A stretch of DNA of 63,653 bases, filler included. It is 19 parts of 19 records of this genome, joined end to end, with 100 filler letters (N's around TTAATTAATTAA, not from the genome) between each part and the next. Parts side by side here need not be neighbours in the genome. Positions count along the whole stretch, not along the records: positions 51,664 to 54,812 come from SRR9188676_1748; positions 54,913 to 58,165 come from SRR9188676_1761; positions 58,266 to 61,527 come from SRR9188676_1762; positions 61,628 to 63,653 come from SRR9188676_1796; 15 more parts are not named here. One strand, given 5' to 3'. The translations under genes and the position numbers were made by a program. Below, in pieces: positions 51,664-63,653 of this stretch. How positions within the stretch are numbered: the stretch's first letter is position 1; the number at the start of each line of letters is the position of its first letter. Under the pieces are notes generated by a model. That model did no database searches. It saw only the letters and a program-made list of their open reading frames with translations, and was not told where the DNA came from.

Positions 51664-52484
51664 ATCGTACCTAATGGAATGATGGCGAGAATAACGAACA
51701 AAGACATAACTTCGTCCCCTCGAACTGGATCCCATGCGTCATGATTAATAATCATATAGAAACAGAGGCGCAGTACAGGCATGTAGAACATATCCAGCAG
51801 AATAGGAGCAAGGTCTCGGTGAATGGTGCCCACGAACGGGGAACTTCGAGGAATGAAGATAGAAATCGCAACAACGGTCATCATGAAGAGCCAAACACCA
51901 GTGATTACAAATGTGGAAGCACGAAGGGTATGAACTGAGCAATCAGCTATAGACATCCAAGATCATTTGATCGAAGAAAGTTAGTGACCAGGAGATGGAG
52001 GAAAGAAAAGCAGTCACAGAGCGTACCCAGATCAAAACAATAATATTCTTTGACTTGAAGAGTCACAAATTCAATGGGAGTTGCATGCGGCATATTATGC
52101 CAAGGAACATGATATATCCAGGCAAAGGAGAAAAGAACTAGAAATTCATAGAAAGTCGCGATCCACATAAGCACCTCCCTACAAGTTACATCAAACCAAA
52201 AGTTTCCGAAAAGAAATTCGGGGAAAAACATGAGATAGCGCCTTTTTGCATTGACAGAAAAGAATATAATTCACGGCCACATACGAACGATAGTATCGTT
52301 GACCTTTGAATGAGCGATAACGAGGGATGAAAGCAAGTGCTTTCGAGTCCAGGGATTTGGGATGGTCACTATGCGGATCTTCTTGTTTGATCCCATGCTT
52401 TTTGAGTAGAAATGTGTTAATGCCTATGAGATATGCACATATAAGGGACCATCCGACTCCATCTGCCGCTTTCCAGATTTCCAT
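51664..52484 (-). CDS. Hypothetical multi-pass membrane protein, 5' part
   Basis: ATG at 52484. Hydrophobic exons EVLMWIATFYEFLVLFSFAW and FVITGVWLFMMTVVAISIFIP...LLDMFYMPVLRLCF. Confidence 0.55.
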
Positions 52485-52721
52485 TTGCTTCCTCGAGTAT
52501 TGATATCTCGAAGCTTCACAGGTACAGGCATATCATCGAAAACACAAGAGCTAAAAACTGTCTGAAAGCATTAATGAAGGAGAAATTGCTGCACTCTTTT
52601 GCGAATTTCAGTTGCAAAAAGACTTGTTCCTGACCGCGCTTGGCGGTCCATTTTTTTCATCCTTTTGAATGCCATTTAGAATACCTTCTTGATTACATTT
52701 CAATATCATTCTTATTGTAAA

Positions 52722-54753
52722 ATGGTATCATCCAAGAAAACATTTGTTTCAACCATGCAGAATCTTGGCGGCAGAGAAATGCTTGCAGAAGATTATCACG
52801 TTCATGCCGTTCGAATGGGCACAGGTACTGATTTCATATGCCTGAATATTAGTTGTTCTCATGATCCCTATCTAAATAGTAAGACGATCAATCGATTGCG
52901 ATGCTCCATTTTCCTATCGGAAGTATTGCCCAGGCGTCGAGCGTCCTTTGCATGTTTGGATCCCACCCTCTCAACGAGATGCAAGGTAAGAACAAGACAA
53001 GGATGAAACTTCTGCTTCTGAGTATTTTAGCTTCCTTCGGTACCGTCATCTTACACTTTCCTCTCTAGGACACTTAAATCTCCGACCCGTCCATCATCGG
53101 CTGCATCCTTCCGATCTTCCTCCCAATCGCCTTCACGGGCGGGGTCTCCTCCTCCGAGCCGTCCTTCTTCTCACACTCGTCCATTTCTCGATATGAATAA
53201 TGAACCCACTTCGTCAATGCGATCGTACGTTCACACATAGAACACGATCATCAGCCGGTTTGTGAGCAACTATTTTTAGACAGAAGACCATTCATGGAAA
53301 AATAATAATATATCTATGAAGGATGATTAAGATCGTCCAATATACGTAAGAATGAACACTCTGGCCAACGCTCGAATCTCAATCCTCCAATTCTCGTGTT
53401 TTGAAAAATCCACAGACTGGATTCACTCACAATTGTAAATGCGCCAGATTGCTCACCCAAATTCAGCTTCTCTCCTGAGTTTTCCGGTACATTTCCCTCA
53501 TTTCTATTTGTCCACCATTAGGAGACCGATGAGTGCGATGACTCCTTCTGAGTATGGCCGACAGTCTTCCTTGAAAGGCCGCTCTCGAGCAGCATCTATC
53601 CCTCTCAAAGACAAAGCGTCTGAGCTCGAATCGGGCTCTGGCTCAGAGTATGTCGCGTTAATCCCTTCCAAACTCGCTCGGATTCATCACAAATGACTGA
53701 TTTGTTTTCTTTATGAAGTGTGCCATCCGTCGATTCTGAGTTCTGGATGACCTCTGAACAGATTCTCAAGCAAGTCATGTAAGTCTTTTTTTCTTTCTTT
53801 TTTTTCTTCTTGGTATTTATCAACAGAGCAAAATATTTTCACTCTCTTGAAATCGGAATAGGGGTTATTCAAATATAATAATGTCAGCAGAAATTTCTTC
53901 TGTCGTCGGTACTCACCGCTACTCTATCCACAACCGCCACGATATTTAACTTTGTTCCGTTTCTTCTCCGTAATATGTGAACGACCTGTCTGATCCATTG
54001 TCCGAAAGACCCATCAAACAAGTCTGAAAAACGGTTAAGGAATCTTCCGTTTTCCTAGAGCTCAGTCTCAGACTTCATCATCAGGTCGCTCATTTTCGTA
54101 TTCTCTTGAATTTTCGACCACTGCTTTCTCACAGGTCTGGCCCAGATCGCAATGCATCTCCGGATCGACAGGAGCCTCACGCTTCTGAAACCCCTACCCA
54201 CACTGAAACAAATATCGAAGATCGCGCTTTTTCACCCTCCCCAAGACTCTCTAACCGTAACCGGATCCACTCCGGTACCAACACCGAACCCGATTCAGTG
54301 CCGCTGCAAAGCGAATCTCGGAGCAGTCATCACAGCACCACTCAGACATCCAGCTCGCGCCCCATCTTGCAAATCCCATTAGATAGACGAAGCCCAACGC
54401 GATCCACACGTGATGCTTCCACTGATAATAGGCCATGGTTGAATGACGAGCGATACGAAAAATATCAGCTTAGCAACTCGGACAAGGACGTTGTCAATGA
54501 CTTTATCACAATGCTGATACAGAGCGAATCGGGTTCTGCGTCTTCTAATCCAAAGGAATCCGCTCCAAGGTATCCCAAAATGTTGAGACGGCCAACCCAA
54601 GTTACCAAACGACAAGGACATCAGCATCGTAATAAGGATCAAATCGTCGACATAGTAGAATTGCTCGTGCGGACAGCAGAAAAGCTTGGCGTTCAAAATG
54701 AGCGTGATCGGCTCTTTGATGAAGCTATTGCTGACTGCCTTCAGGACGCATAA
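52722..54753 (+). CDS. Hypothetical Ser/Arg-rich protein (multi-exon)
   Basis: ATG at 52722. Low-complexity exons, with a last exon at ~54135-54753 ending in a helical segment (IVELLVRTAEKLG...CLQDA*). Confidence 0.5.
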
Positions 54754-55246
54754 TAGACGATTTTCCGCTTTTCGTTTTAGCTGCAGCATTAACCAATTAA
54801 CCCTGTTAACTTNNNNNNNNNNNNNNNNNNNNNNNNNNNNNNNNNNNNNNNNNNNNTTAATTAATTAANNNNNNNNNNNNNNNNNNNNNNNNNNNNNNNN
54901 NNNNNNNNNNNNACTACCCGAGTGGAGAAAGAAATAAGGTGGATATAAAGATGTGTAGGAGCGTAATTATGGTACTTGGACGAATCGAAGCGATTCTTCT
55001 GCTTCAAAGTATCATTTCATGGCATTCGTATGAAAAGGTTCCGAAGAAAAAATGTCGATAAATAGATTCCATTGTTGTCGAATGTCTATCATTGGACAAC
55101 TGTTATCTGTCTATATCTAATAGAATGAGCGCATAAGATGTTACTACCGAAGCGGAAATGAAAAATGAGATGGTTTGAGGGAATGAAGTGTTCTAATATG
55201 AAGTGTGTCTGTGTATGTTTATGAACATGTAATTCTCTATATACAG

Positions 55247-55537
55247 GGAGCATGGGTCCAAGAGCCACAGCACCGATATGTGTGGAAGGTGCCGAGCGTG
55301 ACAGAGAGCACAGGGCTGTTGCAGGCTATGATCGAGGTGCAAGACGAGCAGGAGGTGATGCAGCCAGGGAAAGTACCCACGGCAACCGTCAAGTTCACAG
55401 GCACATGCAGCAGGACTCTGACCGGCTTCGACGCCCATCTCGCGCTCTCTGATATCGCACAGAGCGTAGATATGCAGCGCAATGTGCTCTTCACAACAGG
55501 GAAATATATTGTATATGCCACGGAGGTCAAACAATGA
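55247..55537 (+). CDS. Muniscin/TCUP-type mu-homology domain, last exon
   Basis: GAW...YVWKVPSV...GLLQA...VKFTG...TLTGFD...FTTGKY resembles the C-terminus of the FCHo/Syp1/TCUP MHD (W...LWKI...V.F....TLSG...F..GKY). Confidence 0.65.
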   Translation, partial: GAWVQEPQHRYVWKVPSVTESTGLLQAMIEVQDEQEVMQPGKVPTATVKFTGTCSRTLTGFDAHLALSDIAQSVDMQRNVLFTTGKYIVYATEVKQ

Positions 55538-56035
55538 GGAATTCAAGCGAAGGACACAATTAATTGTGACACAGTAGATAAGTCCAAGACCCCGACTGTA
55601 CAGTCGAGGATGCACATGTGGACGAGGAACCTGAGGGTGATTTCCTGAGAAGAATAAATAAATGATAAATCAAGTGTGAATTGGGATTCTCTGCTGATGT
55701 TCTGAGGGTGATTACGATTGTAATGTAATGTTCATTTTGTGTTTCGTTATTTTCAGTTGATAGGTATATTTGTAACAGGAGATGAATATATTAAAAATCT
55801 AGATACAAAAGAGGAAATGAAAGTGATATGAAGTAATATGGGGTAAGAGAACAAAAAGTGGGATTTCGTTAAGGCAGGAGTTTGCAAGGAAGTGAATGTT
55901 GGACAAGGGTCATGATGCACTGGTCAGAAGAATGCACGTTGTGAATCGCTTCTTAGTCCTTTCTGTCTGATGTCACATACATTCGCCTCTGTGAACCTGT
56001 GGCATAGTGTGACGAAACTCAGTGTCCGTCCACAC

Positions 56036-56743
56036 TTATTTGCTGGAGGCCAGGAGTCGGCGATGGGAGTGATATTGAGGTCGAGGTTGGGGCATATTCC
56101 ATTCTGCAGTACGGAATGCGCTGGTGTTGTACTGCTTTGGGCCGTATGTGCGCCAGGGAGGAGGGCATTTTTCCCACTCAGGAATGTGAAGATAATCGCG
56201 CGAGGTTTTGCATGGCTCCTCGGCAAAGAGCTGGTGACAATCGCCAGCTCGGGGCGCTTCAACTCGCTTACGGTTCACCGGCTTCAAGTCCCCAAAACCA
56301 TATCGCTTGTCGGGCCAAAGGAGGCGATTATCTGGAGGGAAGGGAGAAGAAAATTGAGACCAAGAAAGCAGTCAAAACTTATGCTCCTTCCGATAGAAGG
56401 TTCCTGAGATCATGTCTACTCGCTTCCTTTTTAGAGTCCATAAATCTTATTGCAACGATTCTTGCTGAGTAGGATAGACTAGGGCGGAATCTGAAGTCGC
56501 ACACAACACACCTTCTTTCGCATCGACAAAGCGCTGACTGGACATAGAGACCTCACGCATAGTTTGATGAAGAGGGCTTTGTTGGCGTGCAGAGAGAGAC
56601 GCTCTGCTCGGGACATAAAGGCGACTGATGTCCAGGCGACTGCTGCGATCGGGACTAATGAAGGGAAGGTGTTGGGGGAGCTTGGGTGCCTCAGCACGAG
56701 TCATTGTTTGATATGAGGTTTCGTAAGTGAGTTCTGACAACAT
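56036..56743 (-). CDS. Hypothetical protein (spliced; start probably at 56743)
   Basis: MLSELTYETSYQTMTRAEAPK..., last exon NRLLWPDKRYGFGDLKP...RLLASSK*. Internal splicing is uncertain. Confidence 0.4.
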
Positions 56744-56898
56744 TGTGAGAAGAGTTTTCTTCTTTCGTAGAATATTTCGAGTCTGTGGAATGCGATTCGA
56801 GAGTTTTTGAATGCCCACGTCATACGCCAGGGTCATCATGTCAGTCGCCAGTTTTTCATAACCTTGCATGAGGGGTTGACAAAGACCAAAACATCAAA

Positions 56899-57746
56899 AT
56901 GAGTGGGAAAGGAAAGGGAAAATTCAAGATAAATACATCTCCAAAGGTATAAGAATATCACTACTGCCAGGTTAAAAGGTCGCTAACAATGTCTTGTAGA
57001 TGAACAAATTGTTCGGTATTGATACGCCGGCCACAGCGCCGGCGATCGATGAGAACAGCATCCTGCTCAGCTCTAGTAAGAATAAATTTGAGGAAGATCA
57101 TTCTTTCTTCATCTTCTTGACAAGTACGTGTGTCGATATGATCGATTCCTTGGACTTGTGAGATTCTAATCTCTCATCTCTCCAGTCCATGCCGCTCGAA
57201 ACATTCGCAAGTACGATCATGCCGATGTTCACGAAGGCAAATTATATGCTCTTGTAACAATTGGCTCCCGCCAGAATACTACTAATGCTCAGAGATCCCA
57301 ATTTGTGGAGAAAAACCAGAACCCTGTGTGGAATCAGAGTTTCGCAGTGTAGGGATTTTCTTTCTTTTCTTCTCTTATGTGCAATATATTCTAATCACAA
57401 TGTAACATACTGTAGAAAAGCACAAGAGTCCGATCAGCAGTTCTCCGTGGTCATCTATGCCGAAAACACTCTCCGTACAGATACTGTCATCGGTCATCTC
57501 ACACTCGATATCCCTGCATTCCAGAACCGTGTTGATGGTTTGTATCTCAACCAATATTATCTTCTTATTTTCCCTTTTTTTTCGATGATCTAAGTGGATT
57601 TTCTTCGTATTTCAGACGAAACGCGTGTTCTCGGTCTGATGCAGTTCCAAGCGCAGTGGTATCCCATCGTAGAAGACTGGAATAAGGATACCCCTGTCAC
57701 TAACTTATTCAACATTGTATCCTCCTTGGGATTTGAAGAGGATCAG
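56899..57746 (+). CDS. C2-domain protein, 5' part
   Basis: FFIFLT|IHAARNIRKYD...LYALVTIG...KNQNPVWNQSF|...VVIYAENTLRTDTVIGHLTLDI, a C2 fold. Introns are about 53-78 nt. Confidence 0.8.
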
Positions 57747-58337
57747 GTACTCATTCCTCGGAATTCCCAACACTCAAGATCAAATCTGTCGAAACTTGAG
57801 AGGAATAGAACTGACGACAAGACATCAACTTGCATACCATGGATCTTATAACACCATCATATTCAAAAGTAGACCTGGATAGATATGTTCAATCTTCTTT
57901 CTGTCGAGATTTATTCTCTCTGATCACCCTACCCCAGATACGTTCCAATGTACAGATTTCAATGATACATTTTCTTTTTCGCTCATGTTTCCAACCGCTC
58001 CGATTCACTCTGGATCCATGTCTTCGCACTAGTCTCTCTGTTGAGATCTTTATTGCTACAATAATTGTGGTCATTTATGAGTGGACCTCTATCTCCCTGG
58101 TGCCGCGCGGCATGCGGCATGTTTTCTCAGTTTTCTACAACGCAAGCAAGTGGAGCCGGTGGTACNNNNNNNNNNNNNNNNNNNNNNNNNNNNNNNNNNN
58201 NNNNNNNNNTTAATTAATTAANNNNNNNNNNNNNNNNNNNNNNNNNNNNNNNNNNNNNNNNNNNNAAATAAGCTCATAATTACCAAAATCTAATAATAAA
58301 TAGATGGATAAATAGAGGTGAAAACGTCCACAAGATA

Positions 58338-61300
58338 TTATTCTAGCATTTCATCCATATCAATATCTTCTGGCTCAGATAAATGGCCGCCTGCACCAGC
58401 CTTAAAAGCATCATCATCCATGGAATCATCAGCAAACGGGTCTAGTTCCTTAGGGGCAGCAGGGGGGGGTGCTGGTTTCTTTACCCCCCCCCCCAGCCAT
58501 CATAGGTCCAGAATTAGCTGTCTTTAACCCCACTACACCCCCCGTATTATTACTATTATAATTGTTGCTCATCCCGCTCTCTGAAAGCCCACCATTGACT
58601 GGCTGCAACTTGGGCTTGTTCATCATATTATTCATTGTCCCAGAAACGTTACTAGAGCTAGAATTGGTGTTCGAAAGCCAATCTGGCTGAGAATTATTAC
58701 TCGCTGAGGTATTCGTGGAGTTCAAATTCACAAGTTTTGGCTTGCTCAAGTCAGAATTGGCGCCCAAATGGCCCAAAGGCTGCAAATTGCCATGCGTGGG
58801 AGTTGGATTTACCCCTCCTATCCCCGCACCTACCCCCATAGTATTGGCGTTGTTACTAAGAGTAGGTTTGTTGTTGTTTGCCGGTCTGAGCCAATCTGGT
58901 ACATCCTCTGCCTCGCTGCCACTGAGATCTGTACTTCTCTTTCTGCGTCCAATGATAGCTGGTTGTGCAAAGTTGCTAGTATTTCCTTGCGTATTTGGGT
59001 TATTGGTGTTTGTGGTGGTAGAGGGTCCTGCGGTTAGCCAATCCGGTTTTGAGCTGTCATTTCCGGCTCCAAGTCCGTTAGTGGCGTTGTTATTCATGTT
59101 TACATTCGCCCCCCCTGCTCGCTGTACCCCCCCAAACATACCCCCCGTGGCAGTGGGACCCCCCACATTCATCATGGGCCGCATAGGAGGGTTCATATTT
59201 TGCCCAGTAGAGGGGTTACCAAGGTTACTAGTGTTAGTATTTGCAGCTGTGTCAGGTCCGAGCCAATCAGGTCTGGCAGAATTTGAAGTAGCATGAGTGC
59301 TACCATCACTACCTGCACTGCCATTATTCGAGCCCAAATCGGCATCTGGTGCGCCCATGCTGGGTCTTTTGGTGCCTAGTCCTGTGAGCCAGTCCGGCAC
59401 GTCCTTATTCTTGCTATTCATGTTATTGTTTGTGGGGAGATTTGATGATGCGTTGGTGGTATTTGGGGAGTTGGAGTGCAACATGGGGATGGGTGTGTGT
59501 GTGGGTGCATTAGTGGATGTAATGGGTTTGTTTTTCGGTTGGAGCCAGTCGGGTAGATCATTGTTGTTGTTGTTGGAATTGTCCGTTACAGCAGTTGGAT
59601 TTGCACCTGTCACATCAGAAGAGGAGCCAGAGTTCCCGCCCAATTGCCAGCTGGGCTTTTGGTTGGCGGGAAAGCCAGGGTCCTTTTTGAAAAGTGATGG
59701 CGCATACCCACCCCCACCCCCTCCCGCTACCCCCCCTGTACCAGTACCCCCCTCATTTGATGGCTTGCGCATAAACGACGGTACATACTCATCACTATCA
59801 TTACTGGCCCCTCCCGCTGCACCACCCATCAGGGGGGGTTTCTTCGCGGCCAAAACAGAGGGAGTATACCCCGAGTCCTGGGGGGTATTAGTAGTGGAGA
59901 TAGGGCCATCAGGAAGCATTCTGGGTCTAAATTTGGGCTTAAAACCCGCAGGGCCGGCAGCTACACTACTACTGGAACCCGACGTAGCACCCACATTTCC
60001 ATTCGTGTTTCCATTCATATTTTGCTGATTGGTGTCAATGGTAGCGGGGGTTTCAGAATTGGTGGCATATGCGGTTTCAATTTCCTCTTCTGGGGCATTC
60101 AAGGATACCGCGGGGGCTGGTTGGCTAGGGGTAGTAAAGTCCGGGGTGGGATTCGGGGGGTAGGCGGATGTGGGAGCGATGGGAGAGGCTTTCATGAGCA
60201 TATCGGGCTTGGTTTCTGTCAGGAAAGCGTTTTGGGTAGGTTGGGAAGCGGTGGTGGTAGGAGCGAAGGAAAGAGCAGGGGTCATGGAAGGATTGGCGGA
60301 AGGATTGGAGAAGGAGAAGAAGGATGGGCCGGTGGACACCGCGGGAGCAGGCGCAGGTGCGGAAGGATTGCCGGAAGGATTGCCGTAGCCGGGAGAAGGA
60401 GCGGGGAAAGGTTTAGTGTCAAATAGACCGGCAACACCTTTCTTCTTGCCAAACCCAAACGTGGGCTTCACAAAGCTAGGCGCCGCTGCAAAAAATAATA
60501 ATAATAAATATGCAAGAGAAAAAATCAAACAGGAAAAAGGAGTCAGAATAACACCCCAAAACAAGGAAATACGAGGCCTGAAGGGAAGACAGGTGCGAAA
60601 ATATGTCTCAGTATCGAACTACTTAGCTGGGTGATATACAAGACTGGAGGCAGAGGCAGTGAGAGCAAGAAAATCCAAGATGGACCTCAATCGATTTTTA
60701 GCGTTAGGTAAAAGCAGGTTTGGGGTCGGGACCCTTAACACCCCTTTCAGCGGAAGGAGAATTTTGACGAGGATCGGTTATGATTTACGGCGACCCAAGT
60801 GATTATTACGAGTCAATTTACCTTGTTCTTGTGATCCTGACGTGTCTGATCCTGACGCTCCCTGCATACACAATAACGGGTAAAAATAGCATAAGAAAAA
60901 AATATTCAAATCAAAAACACGGTTCGCAAAAACGAAAGACGGCAAAATGCTTGTCGTTGTGCTATTCCCGATAATAAACCCCGACTTGATAGTGGAAAAA
61001 ATATAATTTTCAAGCAGAAGAACCAAAGAAGGTTTGGTAGGCCCATTCACTGCGCAGGAAACATGATCTCCATGAAGCAGAGAGGATAGGGATGTCGGAA
61101 GTATAGTAACCTGTAAAAGATGGGACAGTCGGGCTAATGAGAATCAGACGCCAAAAAGTTTGCATACCTGGACAGGAGAATGTTCATCCATACGGGGGGT
61201 ATTCGTCGCTGAAGTATTTCCGCCAGCTTTCAGCATCTCCATAGGGGGGGTAACGTATGACGTGGCCGTGGGGCCCGTCGGGCCATGGGGCACTTCACCC

Positions 61301-61414
61301 CCCCCTACAGCCGAAGCCGCGTTATCAGGGGGGTAGTGCATCTGGGGGGTAGGAACCACATGGGGGGTATTTGACGGGGATGCCTCAGAACGTGCACTTG
61401 TTACAGAAGCATCC
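58338..61414 (-). CDS. Large intrinsically disordered protein, 3' part, with PDWL and YxPS repeats
   Basis: The last exon starts at 60485. The ORF-track frame stops at 58450, but the shifted frame after the G11 run (58484-58494) continues ...ELDPFADDSMDDD...DIDMDEMLE* to 58338. Confidence 0.7.
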
Positions 61415-61667
61415 TAATTGGAGAAAAACAAACAAACAAAAAACAGAGTGCGAGATTAGCCTTCGGCAGTTGGGTATTCTTTACAGGAGTGAGTGAGAGA
61501 GGAAAGGAGGGAGAGAGAGAAAGAGAGNNNNNNNNNNNNNNNNNNNNNNNNNNNNNNNNNNNNNNNNNNNNTTAATTAATTAANNNNNNNNNNNNNNNNN
61601 NNNNNNNNNNNNNNNNNNNNNNNNNNNTGATCGTCAAAAAAAAAAAAAAAAAAAAAATCGATCATAC

Positions 61668-63130
61668 CGTTTTCATTTTCTTCGAATGCGCCACGATGGC
61701 ATCGTCCTTCCACTTGAGCACAAGGCCCGTGCTTGTGCCTGTGATCACGGAGCCATCCTTCAGGAATGCCACAGAGAGGATATGCTGTGCACCGACTTTC
61801 ACGAACTTGCCGCGTTTGGACTTGAGAACCAGCTTTCCTGAGTCCAGATCGTCATCCAGAAGCGTCCAAAACTTGATATGGTGGTCGCCAAACGTCACGA
61901 GCTGCCCATTGAATGGGTTGAATCGCGCTCCGAAAACCTGCATGATGTGATGAAGGAGGAAAGATATTCAGCATGATGGCCTTAGGATATCATATATCAT
62001 GGAAATCATGGAAAGTAGACAAGAAACCAAATAAATGTGGACAGAATAAGCGATGAAGTTATATTAGTAAGGCTGAGGATATCACTGCACGCGAGCGTAT
62101 CGGGCCTTTATACTTGGAAGAGGACAGTCGCAGTCACGAAGAGAGATTGAGAAGGGGTGACGGCGGGGGATGGGCAAGAGGAAGTGAGATCAAAGCCGAA
62201 CTTCAATTAAATTATCCATAGGGTAGAAGGGCTATAAGAGGCGCAGCTCTGAGCCTAAGTTAAAACAAGAATCTAAAAACCGATCAAAGTCAGTGTTGTA
62301 ATACGATGACCCACTATTGGGCGTTCAATGTGGGACATCGGATAGAATATCCTGAACAACAGTAATGTGATTATTCAATCTCACTATTGACGGCAGGCAG
62401 CAAAAAGGGATATTTATGTGTGAATTGGTGGTGGAGTGAGAATATGATTATCAATGCGGTACATAGTTACATACCATTCCAGGCTCATTCGTAGCAGTAG
62501 CCAAGGGCACGGGTCTCCGTTTCCACTCCCAGATCGCCACGCAGTGCATCTCATCCAGCCCCACAGAGGCAAGTAACGACCCGTCCCCCGAAAATCCCAG
62601 CGCCGCAATCCCCCGACTATGCACACCCTTCAGGCGCGCAATCTCCTCCACAGACTCACTGCTCCATACACAGATATAGGGCTCCTTCCCCAGCTGCCCC
62701 GTCGCCACGATATCACGCTCAGGATGCATAGCAAGACTCACAATTTCGTCATCGTGGCCCATGAAAAAGCGCTGTTTGTGATTCGCGACATTGTACACTA
62801 TCCCCACTGTTGCCGCATGATACACAAGTTCAAGGTCACGGTTGTAGCGCAGATTATCGCGGCAATCATGGGATCGATACCCATACACAAACTCCAGGGA
62901 AAGCGTCTCGTCGGGGGCCTCATTAAAGTTCTTGGGCCATGAAATGCGCTTTTCCCACGCTGCGGGAGGAAATACATTCTTGTAGTATGGTTTGGTGCTG
63001 GATAGCGCCTTCTTGTGATCATCATTGTTGTTGGTAGCAGCATCATCCTCATCACTATCCATGGGGTGGGGTTGGGATCCGGTAGGGTCTTTCAGCCGCC
63101 TTCTAGGAGGGTCCATGTCAAGATCGGAGT
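61668..63130 (-). CDS. EML5/EML6-like microtubule-associated protein (HELP + WD40), internal fragment
   Basis: APDETLSLEFVYGYRSHDCRDNL (HELP), QRFFMGHDDEIVSLAMHP...VATGQ, LASVGLDEMH, HIKFW. Exons 63130-62475 and 61937-61668. Confidence 0.92.
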
Positions 63131-63653
63131 CTGCAACGAGAGAAAATAGGCAGAGATAAGAGAGAAATGAATAAGGCTTCTCCAATGCTATCTCAGATGG
63201 AGCCAGTGAACTTCGCGCAAAAGGGGAAAAACGAATAGAGAAAGAGAAAGAAGTAGGAGCAATATTCCACTGAATGGCACTTTCCGATGGCTGCAGGCGG
63301 AGTCAAGATATGAGGAAATTGCCTGAGAATTGGCTACACAGAGGCTCAAAATTTCACAAAGCTTTACTCCAAGAGCTATTCGAAACAGGAGTGCAAAATT
63401 GGTGTAAAACGAGCGAGAGGCTTTCACATGAATCAAGTACCAGAGTGTCTCTCAGCCGTATTAGAGGTAGACGTATTTCAAGCTCATAGATTGCCTTGGC
63501 ACAAGTGGAGAAAATTTCGGTCGGAATAAGAAATAAACGCTCAGGAAAATGGATCAGAGGGAGAGCGTTAGGAGGGGGGGACATGAGGGAGTGCGGGTGG
63601 AAGCCGTGATGATGATTGTGGAGATGAAGCGGGGGGGGGGGGGGGGGGGGGGG

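Noticed and set aside
56744..56869. ORF-track start at 56869, only 29 nt from the divergent ATG at 56899
   Set aside because: There is too little room for two promoters, and the interval contains the promoter motif CACGTCA. The ATG at 56743 is more plausible.
58715..60426. Long plus-strand ORFs (193, 243 and 134 aa), and similarly the 432-aa His/Pro ORF at 11145-12443
   Set aside because: These are antisense or alternate-frame shadows of low-complexity coding exons.
63631..63653. Terminal poly-G run (G-quadruplex or telomere-like)
   Set aside because: A homopolymer at the window edge; may be a sequencing artefact, and it has no repeat unit.

Overview
This window is not one continuous locus. 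It is 19 short contigs (about 2.0-7.0 kb) joined by artificial 100-nt linkers (44 N + TTAATTAATTAA + 44 N). Eighteen contigs come from an intron-rich microbial eukaryote with the standard genetic code and GT-AG introns; the taxon cannot be determined by eye. Splicing by hand recovers partial genes for a TRIP12/UFD4-like E3 ligase, a PX protein, a Cys-rich multi-TM receptor-like protein, an RRM protein, GPATCH1, farnesyltransferase alpha, a TKL-like kinase, ATG11/FIP200, AVL9, a GT8 glycosyltransferase, phosducin-like PDCL2/3, a CDF zinc transporter, SMC3, an NT-C2 protein, a DUF1295 protein, a muniscin/TCUP mu-homology domain, a C2 protein, an EML5/6-like protein and several hypotheticals. One eukaryotic contig is almost entirely a spliced CMC/EnSpm-type transposase with N-terminal C2H2 fingers. 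Contig 46115-48473 is bacterial (Bacteroidota-like: tRNA end, ohr, ohrR, APH-family kinase, thioredoxin). The most striking unexplained patterns are: (i) introns near the start codon are about 50-95 nt and jump to about 200-550 nt further into the gene; (ii) many head-to-head gene pairs with 91-237 bp between start codons, with TGACGTG recurring in upstream regions; (iii) a long disordered protein tail carrying six PDWL and three YxPS motifs. All family assignments rest on motif recognition; no searches were run.
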